Part shown: positions 28,233 through 37,765 of the stretch, piece by piece
How positions within the stretch are numbered: position 1 is the first letter of the stretch
Layout of the letters: every line of letters starts with the position of its first letter
From: Parachlamydiales bacterium
GTDB taxonomy: Bacteria > Chlamydiota > Chlamydiia > Chlamydiales > CALOCV01
Reading direction: 5' to 3'
Assembly (NCBI GenBank): GCA_942491955.1
Contig: CALOCV010000030.1
Span: 8,473-72,472, forward strand
DNA: 64,000 bases
Program-made: the position numbers and the translations under genes
Notes under the pieces: generated by a model
Seen by the model: only the letters and a program-made list of their open reading frames with translations
The model's database searches: none
Told to the model about the DNA's origin: nothing

Positions 28233-28436
28233 CTAAACGGCAAGCCGAATGCTAATTCGGGCACGTTTACAGGTGCCCCGCCTTCAACAAGGTCAAACCT
28301 TGGAAGGTTAAAAAGTCCGAGTGCCTTGAACAGTTAACTCGAAAGGGAAGTTTTATGCAGATACGAAAATTAAAGCAACCAAAAAAGGAGCGAGGTTTCC
28401 TCCCACCCCTAAAGGGATGGGTTTCCACCTCGTCAA

Positions 28437-30266
28437 TTGGATGAAATGAGAAGAAAAATCTATTTTTTTTTCTGTTTTTTTACTAATTTTTTCCCTTTAT
28501 TAAGCCATGTCTCTCTTGTTGAAGAGAGGCAAAATGAAGAATTTTCCTATCTTTCTCATTTGGAAAGCTTTTTTCGTTGTTTATTAGAGGAAACAGAAGC
28601 GGGTTATGTCTTATTTGGAAACAAACCCATCTGCATCGATGGCATAGAAAATATCTCATTCCTTTTGCCAGGCACAGAAGTGCACAAAAATACAGTGCTT
28701 TTTCGCGAAGGTTTGCGACTATTAACGCAGCTTCCACAGAATGATCATTCTCCTATTCTTTTTCACCGTTATAGTAAACCAGATCCAGACTCTCTCATTT
28801 GGAGGAATTTTCTCATTGTCAACCAAAAAACCACAGAAGACGTGATAAAGAAAAATATCTTCTTGTTCCAACAAATTTTGGGGCCTTATGTAGATGAAAA
28901 AATAATTATGGAGAACTTGCTTAATGAAAACATCCCTTTCTCCGAGACTTTACGAGATAACAATGCTCTCACTGGCATTCTCTTGGGATATGGCACAGAA
29001 AATGCTCTTTGCGGTTCTCGACTTGAGCAGTTAACGCTACAACAAAATAATCTCCCTTTTGTGCAAAAAGATATAGCAACAAACTTGCAAGAAGGATTCT
29101 TCTACTACTTGCTTCAAATGAGTAAGGCAAATCATTTGGTTTCCCTGACACCCAGCTTAGGATTTACCTCTTTAGAAGAAGAAATGCTTTCTTTACAACA
29201 GCAACAATGCTCTTTTCCAGAAACGCTGCTTACAGAGAAACCTTATTTCATTTGTTCCGTTTTTTCACAGGATAAAGAACATAGCCAGCGGTTAGAAAAA
29301 TGGGTGGAAACACAGGAGAAAATTAGAAGTTTCTTGCAAAAAGAAGATTTTTTTCTTACGTGTATTGAAAATATATTTCATCTGGATAGGAATGAGATCA
29401 TCCATTTTCCATTCCAAGGACCAAAAACATGTCGATCTTTGAGTCATCTGATGGCCTTAGAAATATATGAATGTCTCAGTAATCACGTGAATGATCTACT
29501 ACTTGATGACGATCCACGAACTCTCTTAACAGAATGTATTCGTGGTATACAAAACGCGGATGGGAAAAGGGAAGCTATTTCTTCAAATTGGAGAGAAATT
29601 GGAAAAAAAGCTTTTCTTCAGCTCTACAAAAAAAATCTAAAAACAGCTAATGAACTATTTCGTAATCTGGAGAAAGAATCTTCTTTTACCAGTCGTAATT
29701 CTAAAAAAATTTTCTACAAAACAATACAAAAGGGGGATGGCAAACCTCTTGTTGGCAAGGAGAGTTTAGTTACGATGAGGTATGCATTCTATAAAGCAGA
29801 CGGATCTCTTTTTTCTTTTACGGATAATCCACGAACATTGACTCTTCAGAACACTCTCCCAGGACTGGCAGAAGGCATGGAAGGGATGGAAATTGGTGAA
29901 AAAAGAGTGATTTATCTTCATCCTGATCTCATCACTGGAGCCTTAGCTGATCCAGGCATTTGTCTCAAAGCAATGATAGAAGTAGAAGACGTCTGCTCTT
30001 CCCCCTCTTCTTTACATCATGCTTTTTCTCCTGTCTCCATTGAAATCTCTGGGAAAAATCTTTCTCAAACAGGTAAAGAAGTGGCTTTTTTGATTGGACA
30101 ATCTTTTTGGGAACATTATATAAAAGAAACGAGTATTTCTGCTGCAAAAATCATTGATTTCCTTCAACAAATACAAAACAATTTTGACGAAATCCCTCTC
30201 CTCACAGAAGACGAACGAGATGCTCTGAATTTGATCCATTTTTCCCTCTATTTTAAGGACAAATAA
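28437..30266 (+). CDS. Large protein with C-terminal FKBP-type peptidyl-prolyl isomerase (Mip-like) domain
   Basis: Hydrophobic N-terminus (IYFFFCFFTNFFPLL). The C-terminus GDGKPLVGKESLVTMRYAFYKADGSLF...LPGLAEGMEGMEIGEKRVIYLHPDL is an FKBP pattern. Confidence 0.6.
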   Translation: MDEMRRKIYFFFCFFTNFFPLLSHVSLVEERQNEEFSYLSHLESFFRCLLEETEAGYVLFGNKPICIDGIENISFLLPGTEVHKNTVLFREGLRLLTQLPQNDHSPILFHRYSKPDPDSLIWRNFLIVNQKTTEDVIKKNIFLFQQILGPYVDEKIIMENLLNENIPFSETLRDNNALTGILLGYGTENALCGSRLEQLTLQQNNLPFVQKDIATNLQEGFFYYLLQMSKANHLVSLTPSLGFTSLEEEMLSLQQQQCSFPETLLTEKPYFICSVFSQDKEHSQRLEKWVETQEKIRSFLQKEDFFLTCIENIFHLDRNEIIHFPFQGPKTCRSLSHLMALEIYECLSNHVNDLLLDDDPRTLLTECIRGIQNADGKREAISSNWREIGKKAFLQLYKKNLKTANELFRNLEKESSFTSRNSKKIFYKTIQKGDGKPLVGKESLVTMRYAFYKADGSLFSFTDNPRTLTLQNTLPGLAEGMEGMEIGEKRVIYLHPDLITGALADPGICLKAMIEVEDVCSSPSSLHHAFSPVSIEISGKNLSQTGKEVAFLIGQSFWEHYIKETSISAAKIIDFLQQIQNNFDEIPLLTEDERDALNLIHFSLYFKDK

Positions 30267-30312
30267 ACTGTCTGGGACTTTTGCAAAAAGGGTTGTGCCT
30301 TTGGGACAAATA

Positions 30313-30393
30313 GATGACGTTTTGGAGGAGAGACTGGACTCCCTCCAAAACTAAAACGTCATCAACATGCGCAAAATCAAGCGCATGCTTGAT
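30313..30393 (+). terminator. Two adjacent hairpins downstream of 28437..30266
   Basis: gatgacgttttggagg...cctccaaaac.aaaacgtcatc, then atcaacatgcgc-aaaatcaa-gcgcatgcttgat. Confidence 0.45.
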
Positions 30394-30564
30394 GACTGGG
30401 CGTTAATTCGATAAACAGAATAAGAAATTTGATGATGGTGGAGGTTTAAGAAGGAAGAAACAAAGAGGATCCTTGCCTTGTCAAAAAAAAAAAATTATAA
30501 ATTCATTTTTTTTTAATGACTTAGGCAATACAATCTGTTAAAATGCTCCTTTCTTGGAGTGTCT

Positions 30565-32640
30565 ATGACGATTCACACTTTTTCTACATCTCAGATCGAT
30601 CTGGAAAAATTTCAAGGATGGGGCGAACCCCTCTACTTGAAAGGAAAGCCAAACAAGCCGTTAACCGTTCCATCGGGTAAGGAATGGTACATTTCCCTCG
30701 ATCTCAAGAATCAGAAAATTTCTATCCGCACCTTCGCCGTTTGGCAACAATTCATTCGCCGATTAGGTCTGTGGTTCTGGAGTTATAGAACGAGTGCATT
30801 GCAACGCTCCTTTCGCGAACTCGGGCTGATCGATCGCAATGAATCTATCAATAGAAAAAGTAGTACTTTTCGCCAAGAGATCAATCGCATTTGGAAAGAA
30901 CAACAGCAATCCTCTTTTAAAGATCCTCTCTTTCGCACTCTCAAAAATAAGGAGACCCTAGCCTTTGTGTTTCTCAGCACTTTAGGTGGAGATCTTGCCG
31001 CTAAAAATTCTCAGGAAACAACCCTTTTCGATCTCGCCATCGAGCAGAGTGAATCATGCCTTTCCATAAAAAGGGATATTTTCCCCCTTTTTAAGACCCA
31101 TTTCTCTAAAACACACTTCTTTGAGTGTCCACCACTACTCTCTTTACAAACGAATGTTCTAAAGAATTTTTCTGCAATCCTTACACATCAACCCAATCTC
31201 TTGAAGGAGAGAATTTCCAGCCTTTCCAGGTATGATCTCCATGAATTATTTGTCTTTTTTTCTAAAAATGGAGATCCTGAATGTGAAACATGCTGTGAAA
31301 TGATGCAAACCATTGGGACACAATATACTCCAAACGACCTTATCCATGAAGAAGAGAAACTATTTTTCCAATCTTATCAAGGAACCGAAAATTTCACACT
31401 GGTAAAATTTTTTCTTAAGGGTTTCTCTCTGGATGTCGTTGTTAAACTAGCTCTATCCAATGAAAATTTGCCCCCATCACTCCTTTCTCTTTTTTCCGAA
31501 TATCTGCAGCAGATTCCGAATAAAGAAGAGGTGGTAAAAAAACTTTCTTCTAGCGAACGTAGAAAATTTTTGTCTTTTCTATTAAAAGAAGAACAATCAC
31601 TTTTCCAAGACTGGAAAGAGACGGAGAAGCTTGCATTCGTAAAATATTTTTTTGTTGATTTCTCTCTTAATGTAGTCATTCAACTAGTCTTATCCAATGA
31701 ACATTTGTCTCCATCACTCCTTTCTTTTTTTCTTGAATATCTACAACAAGTTTCTGACAAAAAAGAAGAGATAAAAAAGCTCTCTTGCCACGATTCCAGA
31801 AAATTTTTATCGGTACTCCTCCAAAAAGGTGATCCTAATGACAAGAATTGCATCGACATGGTAGGAGCTCTTGGTCCTCAGTGTAGTATTTACAGCACTT
31901 ATGACACAGAATTTCAGGACCTCTTACTTAAGCATTGTGTGACAAACAACTCTTCTTCTTTTACTCATGCGCTTTTTACAAACCTTCCCTTAAAAACTTG
32001 GATCGAGATTCTCCGACATTCTTCTTCTTCTTCTCTGTACGCCTCAGCTGTCTCTGGAATTTCCCATTTTTTGGATTCTCTAAATCAAAATCCTTCAAAG
32101 GAAGATTTTCTTAAGCAATGGCTCATCAGTGGATATAGCGAATTCTTCCTTGATACGAAAATTTTTCCAATATTTTTCCGATTGCTGAATGACCTAAAAC
32201 TCTCATTTCCTTTTGACTGGAAAGAATGCTCAGCGAAGGAATACGAAGAATGGATTAATACACAGAACGTGGAAAAACTGGCTTCTCTTCCATTTTTCCA
32301 ACTCATTGTTTTTATTACCCACTACTATTGCCAAAGTACACCTTCACCTCTTCCCAAAGAAGAAGAGGATTTTATCATGAATTTTTTTACTGGAAATTTA
32401 GACCCAAAAAAAATCCCAAAAACGTATGAGAATCGGGACAAGGTTAAAAATTGTATTAGAACGTTATTTGATTATGGAGAACAGGGTTGTTGGGTGCTTC
32501 CGGAAAGTTATCTTTGGGGCAATGGTTTAAAAATGATTCAGAAGAAATTCCCCTGTACATTTAAAAGCATTTATGACAAAAAAGAACTATCGAATAAATC
32601 CCTTTGGGACAACTTTATCCAAAAAACTTTCCAAGCTTAA
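30565..32640 (+). CDS. Large hypothetical protein (about 691 aa) with internal tandem ~75-aa repeat
   Basis: ORF 30559..32640, with ATG at 30565. FFLKGFSLDVVVKLALSNENLPPSLLSLFSEYLQQIPNKEE..KLSSSERRKFLSFLL repeats as FFVDFSLNVVIQLVLSNEHLSPSLLSFFLEYLQQVSDKKE..KLSCHDSRKFLSVLL. Confidence 0.55.
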   Translation: MTIHTFSTSQIDLEKFQGWGEPLYLKGKPNKPLTVPSGKEWYISLDLKNQKISIRTFAVWQQFIRRLGLWFWSYRTSALQRSFRELGLIDRNESINRKSSTFRQEINRIWKEQQQSSFKDPLFRTLKNKETLAFVFLSTLGGDLAAKNSQETTLFDLAIEQSESCLSIKRDIFPLFKTHFSKTHFFECPPLLSLQTNVLKNFSAILTHQPNLLKERISSLSRYDLHELFVFFSKNGDPECETCCEMMQTIGTQYTPNDLIHEEEKLFFQSYQGTENFTLVKFFLKGFSLDVVVKLALSNENLPPSLLSLFSEYLQQIPNKEEVVKKLSSSERRKFLSFLLKEEQSLFQDWKETEKLAFVKYFFVDFSLNVVIQLVLSNEHLSPSLLSFFLEYLQQVSDKKEEIKKLSCHDSRKFLSVLLQKGDPNDKNCIDMVGALGPQCSIYSTYDTEFQDLLLKHCVTNNSSSFTHALFTNLPLKTWIEILRHSSSSSLYASAVSGISHFLDSLNQNPSKEDFLKQWLISGYSEFFLDTKIFPIFFRLLNDLKLSFPFDWKECSAKEYEEWINTQNVEKLASLPFFQLIVFITHYYCQSTPSPLPKEEEDFIMNFFTGNLDPKKIPKTYENRDKVKNCIRTLFDYGEQGCWVLPESYLWGNGLKMIQKKFPCTFKSIYDKKELSNKSLWDNFIQKTFQA

Positions 32641-32909
32641 ACTCAAAAAATGCAACACGTTATACCATTTATCAGAAATAACCGATTGAATTTATGATGC
32701 AAATACAAAACGAATCCGCTACATAGTGAATTAGCCATAATTAATTCGTGAATCCTCCCTCGTTTAAAAACGAGAGCTTCTAGGGATTGGATACCCACGC
32801 CATACATTCCTAGGGCGATAGCGCCATGGTACTGTGGCGTAGGAGTTAATGGCAAGCGGCTTATATCCCAGCCTTGAAAGACTGGGTTTTACGCCGCAAG
32901 GGATAAAAT

Positions 32910-33317
32910 ATGACCGATTCTCTCTCTTTCCAAATCCAGCGCTTGCAAGAAGAGCTCGACCTCCCTCCCTTAGAAAAAACGGAAGAAGGAGGTTACCTAT
33001 GGCCTTTAGGGCCAGATTCTTCCATTCTTATTACAGAAAATGAAGAAGAATACCTGTTTTTCTCCTCTTTCGCTCCCCTTCCTAAAGAAGGAAATGAAAT
33101 TTTCTTCACAAAAATGCTAAGGGCCAATCTGTTTGGTCAAGGTACTTCTAGTGGCACCCTCGGTCTCAATGCTGAGGGGAATCGCCTTCTTCTCCAAAAA
33201 GAAGCGTCGAAAGATATTGATTATGAGTCTTTTGTAGAAATTCTCTCCGAATTCATCACCACAATCGAAGTGTGGCAAGATGAAAGCCTACAACCCTCAC
33301 AAGAACTGGAATCCTAG
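32910..33317 (+). CDS. Class I T3SS chaperone-like protein (CesT/SycE fold type; possibly Scc4-like by position)
   Basis: 135 aa and acidic. The pattern ...YLWPLGPDSSILITENEEEYLFFSSFAPLP...FFTKMLRANLFGQGTSSGTLGLNAEGNRLLL is typical of small T3SS effector chaperones. Lies directly upstream of the cdsD-like gene. Confidence 0.5.
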   Translation: MTDSLSFQIQRLQEELDLPPLEKTEEGGYLWPLGPDSSILITENEEEYLFFSSFAPLPKEGNEIFFTKMLRANLFGQGTSSGTLGLNAEGNRLLLQKEASKDIDYESFVEILSEFITTIEVWQDESLQPSQELES

Positions 33318-33507
33318 AAAGATCCTACTGAGGAATGTATACCCAAACAACTTCAAGGTTATTTCTGATAAATATCATCAAATTCAATGATTTAACTACT
33401 CCATACCATTTATTATTTAAATATTTTAATATGCGAAAAAAGAGCCTGATTCCTGCTACACGAATTTTGCGCACTCTGCGATAAGGCTCCTATTTTAAAG
33501 GACATGC

Positions 33508-35274
33508 ATGTCGGCCCGATTGATCGCAGAACAAGGCACATTGGCAGGACTCTCCCTCCACCTCGATAAAGGGAATGAGTGGATCATTGGCCGCGATCCT
33601 GAAACCGCCTCTCTTGTGATCGAAGATCCTATGGTCTCGCGCCGTCAAGCACGCTGCTTTACCAAAGATGATGCCATTTTTATTGAAAATTTGAGTGAGA
33701 CAAATCCCACTCTGGTCAATGAAGAACCCATCAAAGAACCCCACCAACTTCGTGCAGGAGATGCCGTTCTCTTTGGTCATCAAGCGTTCCTTTTCTACCC
33801 TGAAACTACCGCTCATCTCCTCGATGAACCATCAGAAGAAAAACCCCCTTTCGAAGAAACAGCCCACGACACGATTTTTGAAGACGAAAAACTCGTCTCA
33901 GAAGATCTCCCATTTCAAAGTATTCAATTGATCGAAACAGGACGGTGGCTATTGAAAGTCATCGGAGGACCCAATAGCGGTGCGGAATTCTCGATGCAAC
34001 CAGAAAATGAATATGTCATTGGAATGGATCCAGAAGTCTGCGATATCGTCTTCCAAGATACCAGTGTTTCTCGCCAACATGCAAAAATTTTCATTGAAAA
34101 AGACCATTTGTGCTGGATCGAAGATTTGGGAAGCCGTAATGGCACTCTCATAGAAGGAAGAAAGATCACAAAAAAAGAACCCCTTCCCACTAATGCCATC
34201 CTAGCATTGGGAACCACTCTTTTTGTCGTATATGATCGTGAGGCAGAAATGCAAACCATCATCTCTCCCCTTCTTCCCTCTATAGTCAAAGTCCTGCAAG
34301 CTGAGAAAAAAGAAAAAGAAGGGAAGGGAAAAGAAAAACAACAAGAGGAGGAAACCAAACCAAAACAAACCCATATCGGCACGTTCCTTCTCATTGGAGG
34401 TCTGACTACCCTTTTTGTCATCACAAGTATCGGTGTCGTCAACCTTTTCCGCACAGCCGAAACAGTAGAGACTAAAGAAGCCGTCAATCCGAATGAACAA
34501 ATTCGAGAAGCACTAAAAGAATTTCCCAAAGTCTCCTTCAATTATAGCGATGCCACGGGCTCTGTTCTCTTAGTTGGCCACGTTCTTACAGATAACGATC
34601 GCAATCAACTCCTCTATAATTTACAAGAACTCCCATTCGTTCGAAGAATCGATGATAAAGCTCTTGTCATTGATGAATTCGTGTGGAGAGAAATCAACCA
34701 ACTTCTTGCCAACAATGAGAAATGGAAAGGAATTGCCATCCATACTCCCGCCCCCGGAAAATTTGTGATGACCGGTTATCTCAAAACAAGAAAAGATGCA
34801 GAATCCCTCTATAATTATTTGAGTATTAATTTTCCCTATCTAGAACTTCTTGATCGCAAAATCATTATCGAACAAGTCATTGTGGAAGGAATCCATCTGC
34901 AGCTGCAAAAAGCGGGTATCACCGATGTCAAAGTGGACATGAACAACGGTGATGTCACCTTCACAGGAACCATCCCTTCCGATCAAGTACCTCTCTTCAA
35001 TACAGTCGTTGACTCAACAAACAAAAAGGATGGGGTACGAACGGTACGCTCTTATGTTACAGAAGCACGTCCTCGCAAAGGAATTGCGAATATCAGCGAC
35101 GAGTATGAGGTGGGCGGACAGACAAAACTATCAGGGGGACGTATCTCTATCGTCGTTAATGGAAAATTCATTTCTGTAGGCGATGTGCTTGATGGACGAC
35201 AGGTTGTGCAGATCACTCAGAATCGCATTATCCTCGAAGATAGTGCAGGACAACTCTACCAAATTGACTATTAG
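33508..35274 (+). CDS. cdsD: T3SS inner-membrane ring protein, YscD/CdsD family, with two N-terminal FHA domains
   Basis: Two FHA signatures (IGRDPETASLVIEDPMVSRRQARC..., IGMDPEVCDIVFQDTSVSRQHAKI...GSRNGT), one TM segment (FLLIGGLTTLFVITSIGVV) and a periplasmic C-terminal domain. This architecture is characteristic of chlamydial CdsD. Confidence 0.65.
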   Translation: MSARLIAEQGTLAGLSLHLDKGNEWIIGRDPETASLVIEDPMVSRRQARCFTKDDAIFIENLSETNPTLVNEEPIKEPHQLRAGDAVLFGHQAFLFYPETTAHLLDEPSEEKPPFEETAHDTIFEDEKLVSEDLPFQSIQLIETGRWLLKVIGGPNSGAEFSMQPENEYVIGMDPEVCDIVFQDTSVSRQHAKIFIEKDHLCWIEDLGSRNGTLIEGRKITKKEPLPTNAILALGTTLFVVYDREAEMQTIISPLLPSIVKVLQAEKKEKEGKGKEKQQEEETKPKQTHIGTFLLIGGLTTLFVITSIGVVNLFRTAETVETKEAVNPNEQIREALKEFPKVSFNYSDATGSVLLVGHVLTDNDRNQLLYNLQELPFVRRIDDKALVIDEFVWREINQLLANNEKWKGIAIHTPAPGKFVMTGYLKTRKDAESLYNYLSINFPYLELLDRKIIIEQVIVEGIHLQLQKAGITDVKVDMNNGDVTFTGTIPSDQVPLFNTVVDSTNKKDGVRTVRSYVTEARPRKGIANISDEYEVGGQTKLSGGRISIVVNGKFISVGDVLDGRQVVQITQNRIILEDSAGQLYQIDY

Positions 35275-35282
35275 GGAGTGTA

Positions 35283-35322
35283 GGTCGTGTCTAAAATGGC
35301 ATTAGGTGAATGACACGCCCTA
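35283..35322. terminator. Hairpin between convergent genes; half-copy of the 24185-24352 palindrome arm
   Basis: aggtcgtgtc..(20 nt)..gacacgccct. The right arm plus flank (ggtgaatgacacgcccta) resembles ccaattgatgacacgccctag at 24332-24352. Confidence 0.45.
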
Positions 35323-35323
35323 T

Positions 35324-37162
35324 CTAATCGAGCGCTTTTTGCGCCGCTTCTAAATATTGATCAATGAAGAAAAAAGCCGTCCGAACGGGCTGTCCATCGA
35401 GAAGCTTATTTTGCGTTTTTCGCAAAAACTTCCCAAAATGAACGCGATAACAGAGCAATTGATGGCGAACCAATTCTTTTTGATGAAGATCCTTCTTGGG
35501 ACATTGTTGGGCTTTTTGAAGAAAATATTGCAATTCCTGCCGAATTGCTTGCACAATCCCCTCTAACTCCTCACCAAGAAAAAGACTCTCCCCCTTTCGG
35601 AATATCTCTTCCATCTTTTCAATCTGTTCAACGATTTTATTTTCTTGTTCGCGATCCTCTTCTGCACGATTAAGAGAAAGAATCCCCTCATGGACTCCAT
35701 AAATTTGAGAAAAAAGAGTCTGCTCCTGCAAAACATGATATTTCCAGTCGGCACGAAGAGCCCTACCAAGAACATCTTCAACATACTTGACAACTTTCCA
35801 ATCCGTACTATCGATTTCGTGACATTCAGCAAGATAAAGAAGAAGAGTCTCACTCCTTCGTTGCATCATCTCTTCCGTATTCAATGGCTGCGCCATCTCA
35901 TGCAGCGTGTATTCGATATTTTGGTAGAGTTCGCTTGAACTCAATGCAGCAAATGAAGGAGAGGGCTGGGAAAGAGCTTTGATGAAATCATCGAGCCTCT
36001 CCCGCAACTCTTTCGTCCCATAAGCAAGATTGAGAAAACGACGCGTCAAAGAAGGCTCTGGACCCACGATCCATTCAGTAAAACCCCAACGAGAACGTAC
36101 GTATGGATCAGGATCGGTTCGCAAGAGAAAATCGCGATATTTCGCCACTGTATTCATCAGAGTGCGCACCTCTTTCCGATAAACAATTAATTGCTCTTGC
36201 ATCTTTTTTCTCTCTTTCTCTTTTTGAGAAGAGCTTAATTTCTTTAATGCACGACTGCAGGCAAAAATGGATCGACGAAGCGCTTGATCATACCTCTGAA
36301 AAAGATGGTAGAGAGGATCGGGGCGTATCATTCTTTTAACGGCTTGAATGGCGTATTTTTGCGGAAAAGCTTTCGCTTTTTCATTCCTTTCCCAGAGATA
36401 GAGAGTCTTGCAAAACCGTGTCAATAACTCCGCGTCCATCTCCTTTCCTTCGTTCAAAACATGAAAATGGGAAAATTTTTTTCCAAATACATCAGTTTCC
36501 CCTTGGATCGTTTTGAATCCTTCAAAATGCTCGACAAAATCGGCATAGCTTTTTTTGCAAAATTTCTCGCTTTTTGAAAGATTGATTAAAAGAGCGGGAT
36601 CAAGAACAGGCTGCCACCAAATGAGCCATTTTTTCCAAAAATATTCTTTTCCTATCCGCTGCTCCGAAATGGAGCGATATTCTTTGAGATGATTTTCTAA
36701 ACGACGAACGGCCCACGTGATGTCATCGATCCTACGGATTAAAATTTCCTTGATCGATGTGGCTCCCTCAAAAAGGGATGCATTCCACTTCTCCACACCA
36801 ATCAGACTCACATGATGGAAGAGCTCTATAACCGCTCCTTCAAGAACTTCAATGTATTCCCAAACGGACTGATTCAATTTGCGGATCTCAAGACGCCACT
36901 CGTCAATGGATAGGGGTTCGAAGGAAGAGTGGTTAACGAGCAAACGAATGGCCTTTGCCACCCTTTCGATGGCTGTGGAGAGCTTGATTTCCTCTTCAAA
37001 AGAGCTCCCTTGGTCTTTCTGTTCATCCTTGCGGATCTTGTAGATGATTTCGGTAATATCTTGTGCTAATGCCGTCTCTTTTTCTGCTAAATAGGCTTCG
37101 AGTTGCTCAACAAGAGTTGGATCCCATTCTGTAAAACTATGTATGTCAATAGGTTGCCACAT
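35324..37162 (-). CDS. Hypothetical protein (612 aa)
   Basis: Long ORF, helical/coiled-coil-rich. No motif recognised. Confidence 0.5.
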   Translation of the reverse strand: MWQPIDIHSFTEWDPTLVEQLEAYLAEKETALAQDITEIIYKIRKDEQKDQGSSFEEEIKLSTAIERVAKAIRLLVNHSSFEPLSIDEWRLEIRKLNQSVWEYIEVLEGAVIELFHHVSLIGVEKWNASLFEGATSIKEILIRRIDDITWAVRRLENHLKEYRSISEQRIGKEYFWKKWLIWWQPVLDPALLINLSKSEKFCKKSYADFVEHFEGFKTIQGETDVFGKKFSHFHVLNEGKEMDAELLTRFCKTLYLWERNEKAKAFPQKYAIQAVKRMIRPDPLYHLFQRYDQALRRSIFACSRALKKLSSSQKEKERKKMQEQLIVYRKEVRTLMNTVAKYRDFLLRTDPDPYVRSRWGFTEWIVGPEPSLTRRFLNLAYGTKELRERLDDFIKALSQPSPSFAALSSSELYQNIEYTLHEMAQPLNTEEMMQRRSETLLLYLAECHEIDSTDWKVVKYVEDVLGRALRADWKYHVLQEQTLFSQIYGVHEGILSLNRAEEDREQENKIVEQIEKMEEIFRKGESLFLGEELEGIVQAIRQELQYFLQKAQQCPKKDLHQKELVRHQLLCYRVHFGKFLRKTQNKLLDGQPVRTAFFFIDQYLEAAQKALD

Positions 37163-37393
37163 ATATTCGCTCTGGAATTTTTTTTATCAGGGGCTTTTGC
37201 AAAGGCCCCTGTCTATTTCGGAACAAATAGAGGGTAACAAAGTTCGCATTTCCTTTCGATCGGGAAAGAGCTATTTGTATGTATACCCACACAACTTCAA
37301 GAATTGGTTTTCTTGTTGCTGACAACGAAGTAAAAATGATACTATGCAAAAATAGAGCTTTTCTTTATAGAAAAGTCATAAGGAACATGGATT

Positions 37394-37765
37394 GTGTATC
37401 ATCTATCTTTTCCCTGTATTGATTGTACCGAATTGATCCCCCTGCCTTTGTCTGACCCTTCTTCCTCTTTTTCTCGTATCCGATGCGAAAAATGTGAAAA
37501 GGTATACGATCTAAGCAATGATTTACAAAGACAAATTCAGAAATTTGTCACACTCTGTCAAACATTAAAAGATTCTGAGGAGATCTTGGGCCAAGCGAAT
37601 GTCGGTGTTGATGTCGGTCCCCACCACGTTGAAATCCCTTTTCAATTGTTGCTCACCCGTTTTGGAACCAGCATTCGCTTACAAGTCGGACAAGAAAGCG
37701 TCGTTCTCTCTTTCCGTCACGAACCCATAAGAGATCTCTCTCTTGCGCAAAAGGAGCCTTCATGA
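37394..37765 (+). CDS. Small hypothetical protein with zinc-ribbon-like CxxC...CxxC
   Basis: CIDC...CEKCEKVY. Its stop overlaps the tal start (ATGA at 37762-37765). Confidence 0.45.
   Translation: MYHLSFPCIDCTELIPLPLSDPSSSFSRIRCEKCEKVYDLSNDLQRQIQKFVTLCQTLKDSEEILGQANVGVDVGPHHVEIPFQLLLTRFGTSIRLQVGQESVVLSFRHEPIRDLSLAQKEPS

Noticed and set aside
33924-34541. 205-aa minus-strand ORF inside cdsD, and 45683..46144 plus-strand ORF inside comM.
   Set aside because: They lie antisense to genes with clear domain signatures and have no independent support.
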